From: Macrostomum lignano
Taxonomy: Eukaryota
DNA length: 64,000 bases
Assembly: GCA_002269645.1 (NCBI GenBank)
Contig: NIVC01000831.1
Span: 124,001-188,000, forward strand
Reading direction: 5' to 3'
In this document: positions 34,301-46,805 of the stretch, one piece after another
Layout: the number at the start of each line of letters is the position of its first letter
Numbering within the stretch: position 1 is the stretch's first letter
The notes under the pieces: generated by a model
Seen by the model: only the letters and a program-made list of their open reading frames with translations
What the model was told of the DNA's origin: nothing
Database searches by the model: none
Translations under genes and position numbers: made by a program

Positions 34301-37300
34301 CTTTCTTACTGGCTGCTGCTCTAGCAAATACATATACATGGAAATGGGTATAATACCTCTGTTGAAGGGGCTTATACACTCGTAATTTATTAAGCTTAGA
34401 GATGTTCCGAAAATTCAATTTCAATTTTCCAAAATTTGAAATTTTTTAGAGCAAATTTCAATTCCGAAATAAAATTTAGAAGTGAAAATTTTGGTAGTGT
34501 CTAAAAAGTCGCTAAAAATAAACTACTTTCTACTACATATACATGTATTACTTTTTGTTTAAGCAGTAAATTGAAAGTAAAAAAGTGAGTGTTGATCATA
34601 CTAAACTTTGTTTTTCTGAATTATGATTTCGGGAAATTTCAATTTTGATTTTGGAAAGTTAGCGAATTTTGATTTCAACGAAACTGCAGATCTTTCGGAA
34701 CATCTTTAATAATCCTAAAGCGCGGTAAAATAGTTTGACTCTTTTCTAAAGCGTGTGTCTGCGGGTTTTTAACATTTATTCCAATAGGGGTATAATTGAA
34801 AATTCAATGAAAATGTGTCCAGCATTCACAGAAAACTTTTCGCAATATAGACATTAGGTTATTCCAATTCTCTATATTCCATAGCTGTAGGGTCCCTAAT
34901 ATTACCATATTCCTATAGTTCCCATAGCTGTAGCCATAGTTTTAACAAAGTCTAAAAAAACAAAATTGCTTGCTATCTAGGTGGATGCTTCTTCAATATT
35001 TGGGGGATGCTTTCTATATGTAGGATACTTGCTATTTGGGTGGATACTTCAAAAATATCTGGCAGATGTTTGCTATCTGCAAATGCTTACTATAGTGATG
35101 GATTAAAATTATAAGTCACTTTTATTGGTATGGGCATGCACTCAAATTTTTTTGGTGTTCATTTGTAATTATTCAATTTTTGTACTCAGTGTGATCTAGA
35201 TATTATTTGCCATACTTGTATACTACATGCATCAGGTACCTTGGTGTGTGCTATTATTGTGCACCAAGTGTAGTAGGGACCCTTGGTATATGCTGTGATT
35301 GTACACTAAGTGTGCCAGGGACCCTTTGTATATGCAAGAATTTTCTAGTACATAGGCCACCTTGATTTTGGATAATAATTAAACATTGAAACAAAATTTG
35401 TGCATTTTGATTTTCCATTATAAATAGTTTAGGCAAGAAAGACAAATAATCAACCAAATTAATATGCAAAAGAGTCCGTGACCTAGATTTGTAAGTGTAG
35501 GCATATATTCAATTTTTTGGCATGGATTTGTAACTCTTCAATTTTTGTTTGGACTTGTACCCAGCATTATTTGGACTATGGTGTACATCAAAGTTGTATA
35601 CTTTTTTCATTTTTAAATTCATTATTCATGTAGAGTAACAAACTTAGTTATATAGAGTTAACTTAGGACAGGGGAGAATAAGCAAGGAGATAATTAGGGA
35701 CTATTATGTCAACTTAAGCTCATAAAGTAACGAGTCCTTTTGCTAAACCTAGTTTCTTAGTATCATTGTAAGTAAAATGATATATCATTTATATACATAG
35801 GTTGTTTAGGCTCCACTTTATAAGCTTAAGTTGATAAGCCCTTTTTTAAAAGGTAGATTTTTACAAAATATATGATATAAAATGGGTGTAATAATTTTTA
35901 GCACAAAATTTGGTATTTTTGATTGTAAGCAGACCCTGTGTTCTTTTGATATCACTTCATTTTCTTTGGCTCTATTGCTATTTACAGAGCTTTTCTTTTA
36001 AAAAGTTGGATTCTACAATATTTTTTGTTATATAGACATTTCTATGCCTTAAAATAAAAAAAATGATTTAGTTCAAATTAGTGTTCTACCTTAAGAAGGG
36101 GCCATGTGCCATAAGCCATAGCTATAAGCAAAACTATGGCTTATTCCAATTCTCTGTATTCTGTAGCGTAGGGACCCTAATATTACCATATTCTTGTAGT
36201 TCCTGTAGCCATAGCCATAGTTTTAACAAAAAGTCCAGGAAACAAAATATTTTAATCAAGAAGATAGTGCTTAAACAACTGCAAATTTAAGGTAGAAAAT
36301 ATAACAAACACTTGATTGCCTTTTACAGAGTAAAGTCTATAATACAGTTACTAAAGTATCTTTGTTTTACTTTACCTTTTTCTAAAATAAATATATATAT
36401 TTTTAAACTAATAACTATGGTAATGAGAATCCATACATGCGCAACCTCCCTGATTTACACTGGCCATGCAACTTACTTTTTGACAAAAAATGCGACTTAC
36501 CTGTGAAAAAACCTAATGCAATTTTGGGTAAACGGCAAGAGTAACTATGACTGTCTTATAAGGGCTAAATGTCTCGTCATCTAATTAGTACTACGTCTGT
36601 AATTTTTAGGCTGGGCATTTTTGCGACTTACCCCTGGTCCACCACAATTTATAGTGGCCAGATTGGCCAGGTCAGCCAGCAGTATGGGAATCTATAGAAT
36701 GTGACAACAACTACCATATTTTTGTAGTTGTAGCCATAAGAGCAGCTATCTACCATAAGCATATCTGTAGTTGCCATTAGGCACCTATTTTACCATATTT
36801 GCCATAAGATCCTGTAGCCGTAGTAGCTACAGCAGAACACTAGCTCAAATTATTGGTGTATAAATCTTTATTGTCCCTAAAAGATTATATTAACTAAAAT
36901 TTTATAATTTCTATCCACCACAATAAAACAAACAGAAACGCTTCAAAGTGGAAGAATGCGCGCCAAGCAAGGTGATCCTAATCATGGATTTAAACAATTC
37001 AATCTCTGACGCCGACATTGTGGCCCTATTCAGTCGCTATGGCAACGTTGTTGATATGCTCCGTTTAAAATCCGGCCGATCGGCTCTATTGGAATTTGAC
37101 GATGTAAGCGTATCAAAAATGATGGTCTCGCAGTCTAAGGTGAACTCATTCTACATCGGCTCCAATCCTGTGAAGATGGCGTTTGGCAATAGTCCTAATA
37201 TTATTAGGAAGAGCGGCGCTCCAGTCACTTCTCTCAGCATCCTAGGCTATTGGCCTCATCCCAATGGCCCGGCTGGGCAACAGAATGGCGCTATGATGAT

Positions 37301-40300
37301 GGGCGGCCCACCGCCTCAGCATTCAATGCCGCCTCAGATGATGCAGCAGCAGCCGCCGCCGCCGCAGCAGCCAGCTCCGGTGCCAGCTGCTCCGAGCCTA
37401 GCTATACAAGGCCTGCCAGGTCGCGTACTGCTGTTTAGCATTACCAACGCTACCTATCCCATCACTGTTGACGTTATGAAGGCTATCTGTTCTCCTAATG
37501 GCAACTTGCTGCGCGTCAGCATTGGACCGAAGAAGGCCGACAATTCCTTGGAAGCTTTGGTAAGCTTAGCCATCCGCATCTTGGATCCCAGATTTAAAGC
37601 ATGCCAGTTTCACAACCCAAATTAAAGATGCTCTAGCATAACTTCAGTTTTGCGACCGCTAATCTACAAGCTATCCCAAACACCCTCAGGTGGAATTCGA
37701 GAACGTGGGAGACGCCAACAAGGCCATCGAGAATCTGAACGGCGCTGATATCTACAGCGGCTGCTGCACTCTAAACATCACCGTCAGCCATCTGCCCGTG
37801 CTGCAAGTCTATAAAAACGATTCAGAATCGTTCGACTTTACTAATCCAAATTTGGGCGCGGAGAAAACTCCTTTGTTGGGGTCGGCTCCGCCGCAGCAGC
37901 AGGCTCCGCCGCAGCACCCAGCTGCCAGTTACCAGATGCAGCAGCCGCCGCCATACCAGCAGCAGCCTCCCCCGTTCGGAGGGCCTCCTGGCATGATGGG
38001 GCCGCAGAGTGGCATGCCGCCGCCACCTCAACAGCAACAGCAGCAGCAATTCAATCCACAGGACATGTCCTGGATGTTTCAGAAAGGCGAAGGCACAGTT
38101 GTGATGGCCTACAATTTGCCGCCTGGCCTGACCTGCCAGAATATTTTCAACATCACCTGTTTGTACGGCAATGTGGCCAGGGTGAAGTTTCTCAAGTCTA
38201 GAGAAGGCTGCGCCATGGTGCAGATGGGCACGTCTGAACAGAGTGGCTACGTTGTTGACAACCTGAGCGGTCTGACTATCTATGGTCAGAAGGTGGAAGT
38301 CTGTCGCAGCAAGCAGCCGGAGGTTCAGGTGAGATTTTTTACAAAGGTTTAAATTAAAAGCAAATTTAATTGACATTGCTGTTTTGTTGATTCAAAAGAT
38401 TTAGAAGGTACCAGTTTATTAGTCAAGTAAATTGTTAATTATGTACAAAGCTCTCTGGTACAGGTGGTTAATTAAGGTAGGTACAAAGCTCTCTGGTACA
38501 GGTGGTTAATTAAGGTAGGTACAAGGCTCTCTGGTACAGGTGGTTAATTAAGGTAGGTACAAAGCTCTCTGGTACAGGTGGTTAATTAAGGTAGGTACAA
38601 AGCTCTCTGGTACAGGTGGTTAATTAAGGTAGGTACAAAGCTCTCTGGTACAGGTGGTTAATTAAGGTAGGTACAAAGCTCTCTAGTACAGGTGGTTAAT
38701 TAAGGTAGGTACAAAGCTCTCTGGTACAGGTGGTTAATTAAGGTAGGTACAAGGCTCTCTGGTACAGGTTTATTGAGTAGGTAAAATGCTCTCTAGTACA
38801 GGTTTATTGGGTAGGTACAAGGCTCTCTAGTACAGGTTTATTGGTTAGGTACAAGGCTTTTTAGTACAGGTTTATTGAGTAGGTAAAAGGCTCTCTAGTA
38901 CAGGTTTATTGAGTAGGTACAAGGCTCTCTAGTACAGGTTTATTGGGTAGGTACAAGACTCTCTGGTACAGGTTTGTTGGGTAGGTACAAGACTCTCTGG
39001 TACAGGTTTGTTGGGTAGGTACAAGGCTCTGGTACAGGTTTGTTGGGTAGGTACAAGGCTCTGGTACAGGTTTATTGGGTAGGTACAAGGGGAGTACGAG
39101 ATCTGCTAGCAGGAAATCTGCTAGCCGAAGTTTGCTAGCGAGAAATTTGCTAGCCGAAATCTGCTAGCCGAAGTTTGCTAGCCGAAATCCGCTAGCCGAA
39201 ATCTGCTAGCCGAAATGTGCTAGCCGAAGTTTGCTAGCGAGAAATTTGCTAGCCGAAATCTGCTAGCCGAAGTTTGCTAGCCGAAATCCGCTAGCCGAAA
39301 TCTGCTAGCCGAAATCTGCTAGCCGAAGTTTGCTAGCAGGAATTTTGCTAGCGAGGATTTTGCTAGCCGAAATCTGCTAGCAGGAATTTTGCTAGCTGCC
39401 TTGCTCTCGTAGCTGTTGCATGTTATTTGCTGTGTTTTGATTCCGATTTGAGCTGCTTTGATTTGTACGAATAAATATATAACTTATATACCATATACTG
39501 CCACTACCAGCCATTAAGACTGAAAGGTGTGTATAGATAAGTTTAAATTTAACTACCTGAACTACAGCTGCCTGAGCTACCTGAACTACGGCCTTACAGC
39601 TGATAATGCAAAAACATTATCAAGTGTCTACGAGTAAAATAGGACAAAAGTTATAAATGATTTTGACGATTTCCAAGTGCAGTTTTAGCATATACAGTAC
39701 TTTAGCATACAGTAACACACATGTTGGTGTACAGTATCTATAGCTAGATACATGTATGTCCAAGGTACAATTTACTATAGCTATATGTATTGTTAATGTA
39801 TAGATATTTTCCATCGCTTACGGTGCACTGTGTACAAGCAAAAACTCTATGCTGGTGTGGCCCACAAGCTCTTACCCTGTGATCATGGATGTAATATATT
39901 TACTTTATTCAATAGTGTTAGCTCGGAGTCGATTATTGAATCACTTTCACTTGACAATCAAGCTGCATGCTCTCGCGGCTTACTTTGCCTTCTTTCGTTC
40001 TTTTTTATTTTTATTTATTCTTAAAAACACTTAAAAAAAGAAAATCGGTAATTTATCTTGACCAAAGTAGTCACATTTTAAAAGGTGTTAAGAAGAATAG
40101 AATTAACAAGCACATTTTGGATATAAATTACATTCAGATTCTTGTCATACGAGTGCTAGCTACAAAGAAATTTCTGATTTAGTACTTATTCGTACAAATT
40201 GCAATAAAAAATTACTTAATTTTTAATTGCATTATATTACGATACAACAATGCAGGCGGCAATTATTATATATTGCAATTTGAAGATCACTGCTAATAAG

Positions 40301-43097
40301 CACGATAAAGAGAGTCATTAGAGCGAAAAACGGAAATTTATTTGTCCTGCATGATAAGTCCTGCAAAGTTTCTTGCGAAATTGGACAAGAAAAAATGTCT
40401 CTAGCAAATTACAACTTCGTAAATTGCTGTTCGCCGGTTTTGGTTAGATTATCGCTAGCAGATTTCGGCTAGCAAAATCCTCGCTAGCAAAATTCCTGCT
40501 AGCAAACTTCGGCTAGCAAACTTCGGCTAGCAGATTTCGTCTAGCAGATTTCGGCTAGCACATTTCGGCTGGCAAACTTCGGCTAGCACATTTCGGCTAG
40601 CACATTTCGGCTAGCACATTTCGGCTAGCACATTTCGGCTAGCAAACTTCGGCTAGCAGATTTCGGCAAGCAAATTTCTCGCTAGCAAACTTCAGCTAGC
40701 AGATTTCCTGCTAGCAAATTTCATAGACCCGGTACAAGGCTTTTTAGTACAGGTTTATTAGGTAGGTAAAAGGCTCTCGAGTACAGGTTTATTGAGTAGG
40801 TACAAGGCTCTCTGGTACAGGTTTATTGAGTAGGTACAAGGCTCAAGTACAGGTTTATCAGGTACGTACAAGGCTCAGGTACAGGTTTATTGGGTAGGTA
40901 CAAGGCTTTTTAGTACAGGTTTATTGGGTAGGTACAAGGCTCTGGTACAGGTGGTTAATTAGGTAAGTACAAGGCTCTCTGGTACAGGTTTATTGGGTAG
41001 GTACAAGGCTCTCTGGTACAGGCTTATTGGGTAGGTACAGGGCTTTTTAGTACAGGTTTATCAGGTAGGTACAAGGCTCAAGTACAGGTTTATTGGGTAG
41101 GTACAAGGCTTTTTAGTACACGTTTTTCAGGTACGTACAAGGCTCTCTGGTACAGGTTTATTGGGTAGGTACAAGGCTTTTTAGAACAGGTTTATCAGGT
41201 AGGTACAAGGCTCTCTGGTATATGTTTATTGGATAGAAACACTGCTCTCTGGTACAGGCCTATTTTGTGCTTGAGGCGATAGTGCAAGTTTTTTAGATTA
41301 AATTTATTTGGTGTCTGCTCCATAATCTATTTAATTAATATTATACATTAATTCGCAGGTGGCATCCAAGCCCGAGTTGATGGAGAACGGCACCCCGATC
41401 TCGGTCTGTTACGAGGACAGCGTCAACAACCGATTCAAGCGGCCGGACATGTTCACCAAGTCGCGCCTAGTGGCCCCAACTAAGACTCTGCACTTCTTTA
41501 ACTTTCCTCTCGGCGTCACCGAAAACGATTTGCGGCAGTTTTTTCTGCAGCATGGCGGACCTCTGCCTGATAAAGCTGTCGTGTTCAAGCCCAAGCAGCA
41601 GGACCAGCGCGCTGCTATCGGTGCGAGTCCCTGTTTATGCCAGGTTTGGGGTCATGAGACCCCCCTATATAATCAAAGGGCTGGAATCATGAGACGCCCC
41701 TCATATAGAACCAAATGGCTGGAGTCATGAGGCCCTTTCTATATAATCAAATGGCTGGGGTCAAGAAGCCTCTATATAATCAAATGGCTGGGGTCATGAG
41801 ACCTCTATATAATCAAATGGCTGGGGTCATGAGACCCCCGCCTATAACCAAATGGCCGGGGTCATGAGACCCCTTTCTATATAACCGAAGGGCTGGGTCA
41901 TAAAACCTCTATATATTTTGCTCTATATATAATCAAATAGCTGGGTTCATAAGTAAGGCCTCTATATAATCAAATAGCTGGGGTCATAAGGCCTCTATAT
42001 AATCAAATAGCTGGGGTCATAAGGCCTCTGTATAATCAAATAGCTGGGTTCATAAGTAAGGCCTCTATACAATCAAATAGCTGGGGTCATAAGGCCTCTA
42101 TATAATCAAATAGCTGGGGTCATAAGGCCTCTGTATAATCAAATAGCTGGGGTCATAAGGCCTCTGTACGAGTATAATCAAATGGCTGGGGTCATCAGAC
42201 CCCTTCCTATAGAACCAAATGGCTAGGGTCATGAGACCCCTTCCTATAGAACCAAATGGCTAGGGTCATGAGACCCCTTCCTATAGAACCAAATGGCTAG
42301 GGTCATGAGACCCCTTCCTATAGAACCAAATGGCTAGGGTCATGAGACCCCTTCCTATAGAACCAAATGGCTAGGGTCATGAGACCCCTTCCTATAGAAC
42401 CAAATGGCTGGGGGTCATGAGACCCCTTCCTATAGAACCAAATGGCTAGGGTCATGAGACCCCTTCCTATAGAACCAAATGGCTAGGGTCATGAGACCCC
42501 TTCCTATAGAACCAAATGGCTGGGGTCATGAGGCCCTTTCTATATAATCAAATGGCTGGGGTCATGAGACCCCCCTATATAATCAAATAGCTGGGGTCAT
42601 AAGGCCTCTAAATAATCAAATGGCTATGGTCATGAGGACCCCTTCTATATACCTAAAGAGCCGGGGTCACTGGACCCCCTATACAATAAAAAATGATCTG
42701 GGTTGGCAGCCCCATATCTAAAGCAGGGATCGAGAGTGAAAAGTGTCAGCCAGCAACCAATCAAATGGCTCTGTTAAAGCTATATATAAATTAATCTTCC
42801 AATCATTTCAAAGGCCTAGTTGAGTTCGACACAGTTGAGAACGCCGTATTAGCCCTGATGCGATCCAATCACGCCGAGGTGAAGCTTAGCGAACGGGCCA
42901 AGTTTCACGCTAAATTGTCGTTCAGTAACAAACCTATCGACCCAGCTGACTCTGCCGTTGTCAATTTCAAGCTGAAGGCTGAGCAGCAGCAGCAGCAGCA
43001 GCCTTCTGCTCCTGCCCAGCCTCCGTCTGGGGATGGCGCCACTACAATCTCTAAGCCGCCAGTCGTAGCCCCTAATAACGGTGTCAAATCCGAGTGA
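31326..43097 (+). CDS. HNRNPL: Heterogeneous nuclear ribonucleoprotein L-like (4 RRM) splicing regulator, about 607 aa
   Basis: Exons 31326-31340, 36936-37559, 37690-38328, 41359-41620 and 42814-43097 (1824 nt, in frame). Signatures LNGADIYSGCCTL, GNVARVKFLKS, NNRF...TLHFFN and GLVEF...KLSFS. Confidence 0.9.
31990..33250. repeat. ~160-bp tandem repeat (5-6 units), each unit with a G-rich tract and a 58-nt hairpin, in hnRNP L intron 1
   Basis: TAGCTTAAAACCAACC recurs at about 31990, 32151, 32772, 32933 and 33092. Confidence 0.9.
32199..32649. mobile_element. 451-bp hAT-type MITE inserted in the 160-bp array
   Basis: 20-bp TIR CCATAGCTGGGAAGGTGGCA / TGCCACCTTCCCGACTATGG (2 mismatches); perfect 8-bp TSD GTTTAGGG; subterminal GGCGCA motifs. 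Confidence 0.88.
38442..41260. repeat. 33-38-bp minisatellite in hnRNP L intron 3, interrupted by the 39090-40730 element
   Basis: Unit GTACAAAGCTCTCTGGTACAGGTGGTTAATTAAGGTAG and a shorter GGTACAGGTTTATTGGGTAGGTACAAGGCTCTCT variant. Confidence 0.92.
39090..40730. mobile_element. 1.64-kb non-autonomous foldback-like DNA transposon whose long inverted arms are made of ~14-bp tandem units
   Basis: Left GGGAGTACGAGATCTGCTAGCAGGAAATCTGCTAGC; right end reverse complement GGGTCTATGAAATTTGCTAGCAGGAAATCTGCTAGC. About 300-bp inverted GCTAGCCGAAAT arrays. Duplicated GGTACAAG(G) flank of 8-9 bp. Confidence 0.85.
41655..42690. repeat. ~35-38-bp minisatellite in hnRNP L intron 4
   Basis: Unit approximately TATAGAACCAAATGGCTAGGGTCATGAGACCCCTTCC. 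Confidence 0.9.
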
Positions 43098-44754
43098 GGC
43101 TCTTATCGAAGGTAAAAAGTGCGCTGTGGCATGCTTTGTTATTTAAATATATTGTTTACTAATGCCATTTGACAGTGTAGGCTAGCCATTATTTTAGCTA
43201 TTCTCAAAATTATATTAGTCTTAATTATAGACTAGCAAAGTTCACAGAAATATTAATCTATGATGATGAATTAATAAACCTTAATTGATAAAAATTTGCT
43301 CTCATGCTTCTTTTTTGTTCCAGTTAAACGCATGGCCTATTCATCCTAGAGACATAAAAATGTTTTGTGACACGATGGCAAAATATTAATAACAATAATA
43401 ATTAACTGACAGTTACTGTCACGAGGACTTAACTTTATATCTAAACTATTAATTCTAATGAAACTCTTAGCGAACCATTTAATTCAGCTTTTTTGTGTGT
43501 TACTCCTATGTTTGTGTTCATGTACTTATTTTAATGTAATGTAATACATTATAGTGACATTAAATTTATAGATGTGCAGCAGGGTCAAGTGTAGGAAGCT
43601 GAGCTCTATTGCGTCATCATAAGTATGTATAATTATAATCGTGTTGAATTTAGTTTGCATAACTATATCGTATATTATACAATAGGCATAAATTATTTAC
43701 TAATATTCAATCAGTTATGAAAATTTATAAACTGTAGGCTTAACAAAAAATGAAGTTTATTTGGCAGGCATATTTTCCAGCTAGTTAGCATATAAATCAG
43801 GTAATATTTTATATCGTTAAGTAAAATTCGAGTAATTTTTATTCAAAAAACATTTGCTTTTCATTCATACCTTGCACTTTAATAAGCCTGTCATTTGTGT
43901 ACTACAGTGTCCAATTTAATATTAATATTGTCTATTCGATCTATAATCAATCTATGGTTTTTAGTATATTCAACTATATTAAAAATTCTATTTAGTGTTG
44001 CACCTTTAAAAAATCTAGGTAGGCTTCAAACTGTAGTTAATGCTTGTTATTTATCTTTATTTTATTATCTAATGCTATTTGTCTGCGTTCGCTATGCACG
44101 TCCCTATTCTTTGTTTGTTAATAGCAGTAGTAAGAATAGTGTATAAAGGTAGTATGTAGGCCTCTATTTTTCTCTCTCACTGCCCGTTGTCCACCAGTTT
44201 CTGTGGAAAAAAACTAAATATTATGAAACACACAGTTGCTCTATTTTTTGCTCTCTAAAACTATGTGTAAACTCTTAATTCAATTTAACGACAAGTTTAA
44301 GGAAAAAAAATCTATATTTTAATTTGCCTAAAATATCAAATAAAATAGTTGCTTGTTATCGCAATGAATTCAACAACAAGTTTATTTTGTTGTTTAATGG
44401 TTTATTAAAGCCAGTGCGCTGTTTGGTTTTATTCAGGATATGCTTTTTTGTAAGGCCTTCACTGTCTTTGATAATTATTTTGGAAAATAAGCGCTAAATA
44501 TCTGTTTGCTTTTGGCAGGCGCAGTGTGAATCCTTAGTTAGTAGCGAATTAAAATGATAGTATTAAAACGTCAGTTAGCTAAATTTATTATTAAATTTAT
44601 TTTTTCTTACGTGTGGACAACACTTTAGGACAGCTGCGAAGTGTAAGTAAAAGATTGTGTGTTATTAAGTATACTTGCAGGTACATTAGACTCTGACTAT
44701 AAGATTTGATTTTGTACCACCCATAGGTTCACACATCGCCTATAATCCCCCACT

Positions 44755-45625
44755 TACCACCTCTAGAATCGCCCATTTACCATCTCTAGAATCGCCCATT
44801 TACCATCTTTAGAATCGCCTATTTACCAACTCTAGAATCGCCTATTTACCAACTCTAGAATCGCCTATTTACCATCTCTAGAGTCGTCCATTTACCAACT
44901 CTAGAATCGCCCATTTACCATCTCTAGAATCGCCTATTTACCAACTCTAGAATCGCCCATTTACCAACTCTAGAATCGCCTATTTACCATCTCTAGAGTC
45001 GTCCATTTACCATCTATAGAATCGCCTATTTACCAACTCTAGAATCGCCCATTTACCATCTCTAGAATCGCCCATTTACCATCTTTAGAATCGCCTATTT
45101 ACCAACTCTAGAATCGCCCATTTACCATCTCTAGAATCGCCTATTTACCAACTCTAGAATCGCCCATTTACCATCGTTAGAATCGCCTATTTACCAACTC
45201 TAGAATCGCCCATTTACCATCTTTAGAATCGCCTATTTACCAACTCTAGAATCGCCCATTTACCATCTCTAGAATCGCCTATTTACCAACTCTAGAATCG
45301 CCCATTTACCATCCCTAGAATCGCCCATTTACCATCTCTAGAGTCCCCATTTACCAACTCTAGAATCGCCCATTTACCATCTCTAGAGTCGCCCATTTAC
45401 CAACTATAGAATCGCCCATTTACCATCTCTAGAGTCGCCCATTTACCATCTCTAGAGTCGCCCATTTACCATCTCTATAGTCGCCCATTTACCAACTATA
45501 GAATCGCCCATTTACCATCTCTATAGTCGCCCATTTACCAACTATAGAATCGCCCATTTACCATCTCTAGAGTCGCCCACTTATTCTACCATCTCTAGAA
45601 TTGCTTATTTACCATCTCTAGAATC
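44755..45625. repeat. 23-bp minisatellite
   Basis: Unit CTCTAGAATCGCCCATTTACCAT. Confidence 0.93.
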
Positions 45626-45964
45626 GAGTTGAGCACTTGGTCGGACTCTGATGTACATGGGTAAAGACTAATCCTTGCACTGCTAAATCTTAGTTGGTTA
45701 TTCTTTATTAATAGCAATTTTTATTATTTACTAAAAGTCATGTCTTCGGCTCCTAGATGTTGCTAGAATTTAATGTCTAGGCAGTTAGCTATTCTTTGCC
45801 TTAGTCATACTATTATTGCCAGCATCATCACAAGTGATCTGTCTTACAATACATGTAATTTGTCCGTCGTTGGTTGCGATTGCAAGGCATTCGTGCTTTC
45901 CACCCTAACAAATCTGCGATCAACCTCAGTTGCTAGACTACCGCTTCTCTCCCAAATCCCCAGT

Positions 45965-46226
45965 TTCTGAACCAGCCTCCCAGTTCCTCAGTTTCTGAAC
46001 CAGCCCCCAGTTCCTCAGTTGCTGGGCCAGCCTCCCAGATCCTCAGTTGCTGGACCAGCCTCTCAGATCCTCAGTTGCTGGGCCAGCCTCTCAGATCCTC
46101 AGTTGCTGGGCCGGCCTCCCAGATCCTCAGTTGCTGGGCCGGCCTCCCAGATCCTCTCGTTGCTGGGCCGCCAGCCTCCCGGATTCCCAGTTGCTCGAAC
46201 AGCCTCCCAGATCCTCAGTTGCTGGG
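45965..46226. repeat. 28-bp tandem repeat
   Basis: Unit CCAGCCTCCCAGATCCTCAGTTGCTGGG. Confidence 0.9.
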
Positions 46227-46805
46227 CCACCCTAACAGCAAACGAAGAAGCGGAAATGAATTTTTTTGAATGTGAATTTCTTGCTCCCGTTTTCAAATTT
46301 CAGTCTCGAGGCCGAACATCATGTTTGCCGTGCCGGACTTGAATCAGCAACTGGTACCGTAGCTATTTGCAATTAGTATTTGTATTTAAGAACTTTTAAT
46401 ATTTTTTAAACCGTTTTCTCGCATTTTATCAATGAGCAGTTGTTTTTATAAATTGAAATTGAAAATAAGCATTTATTGTGACATGAAACGTCAAATATGT
46501 TTTTTATTATGATTGTGCTAATGTACGACGATCGACTGACTACAACAGCTGAGGTTTACATATTGCTCTAATTAACGAAGCAAATATTTTATATAGCTGG
46601 AAAATACGTCTTGAACAGATTTGTTAATATGCATTTGTCAGTTTTATTTGCACTGTACTGCATGCATGTACTCTCTGGGGTTTGACGAATATTAGAACTA
46701 ATTAGAGCTGTTTCATCATTTAGACAACTGTCAGAAAACTGTTTCAAATCATTGATACCGGATTTCTTCTCTGGGTGCGATGGCCGACTCAAGCGGCCAA
46801 GCTTT

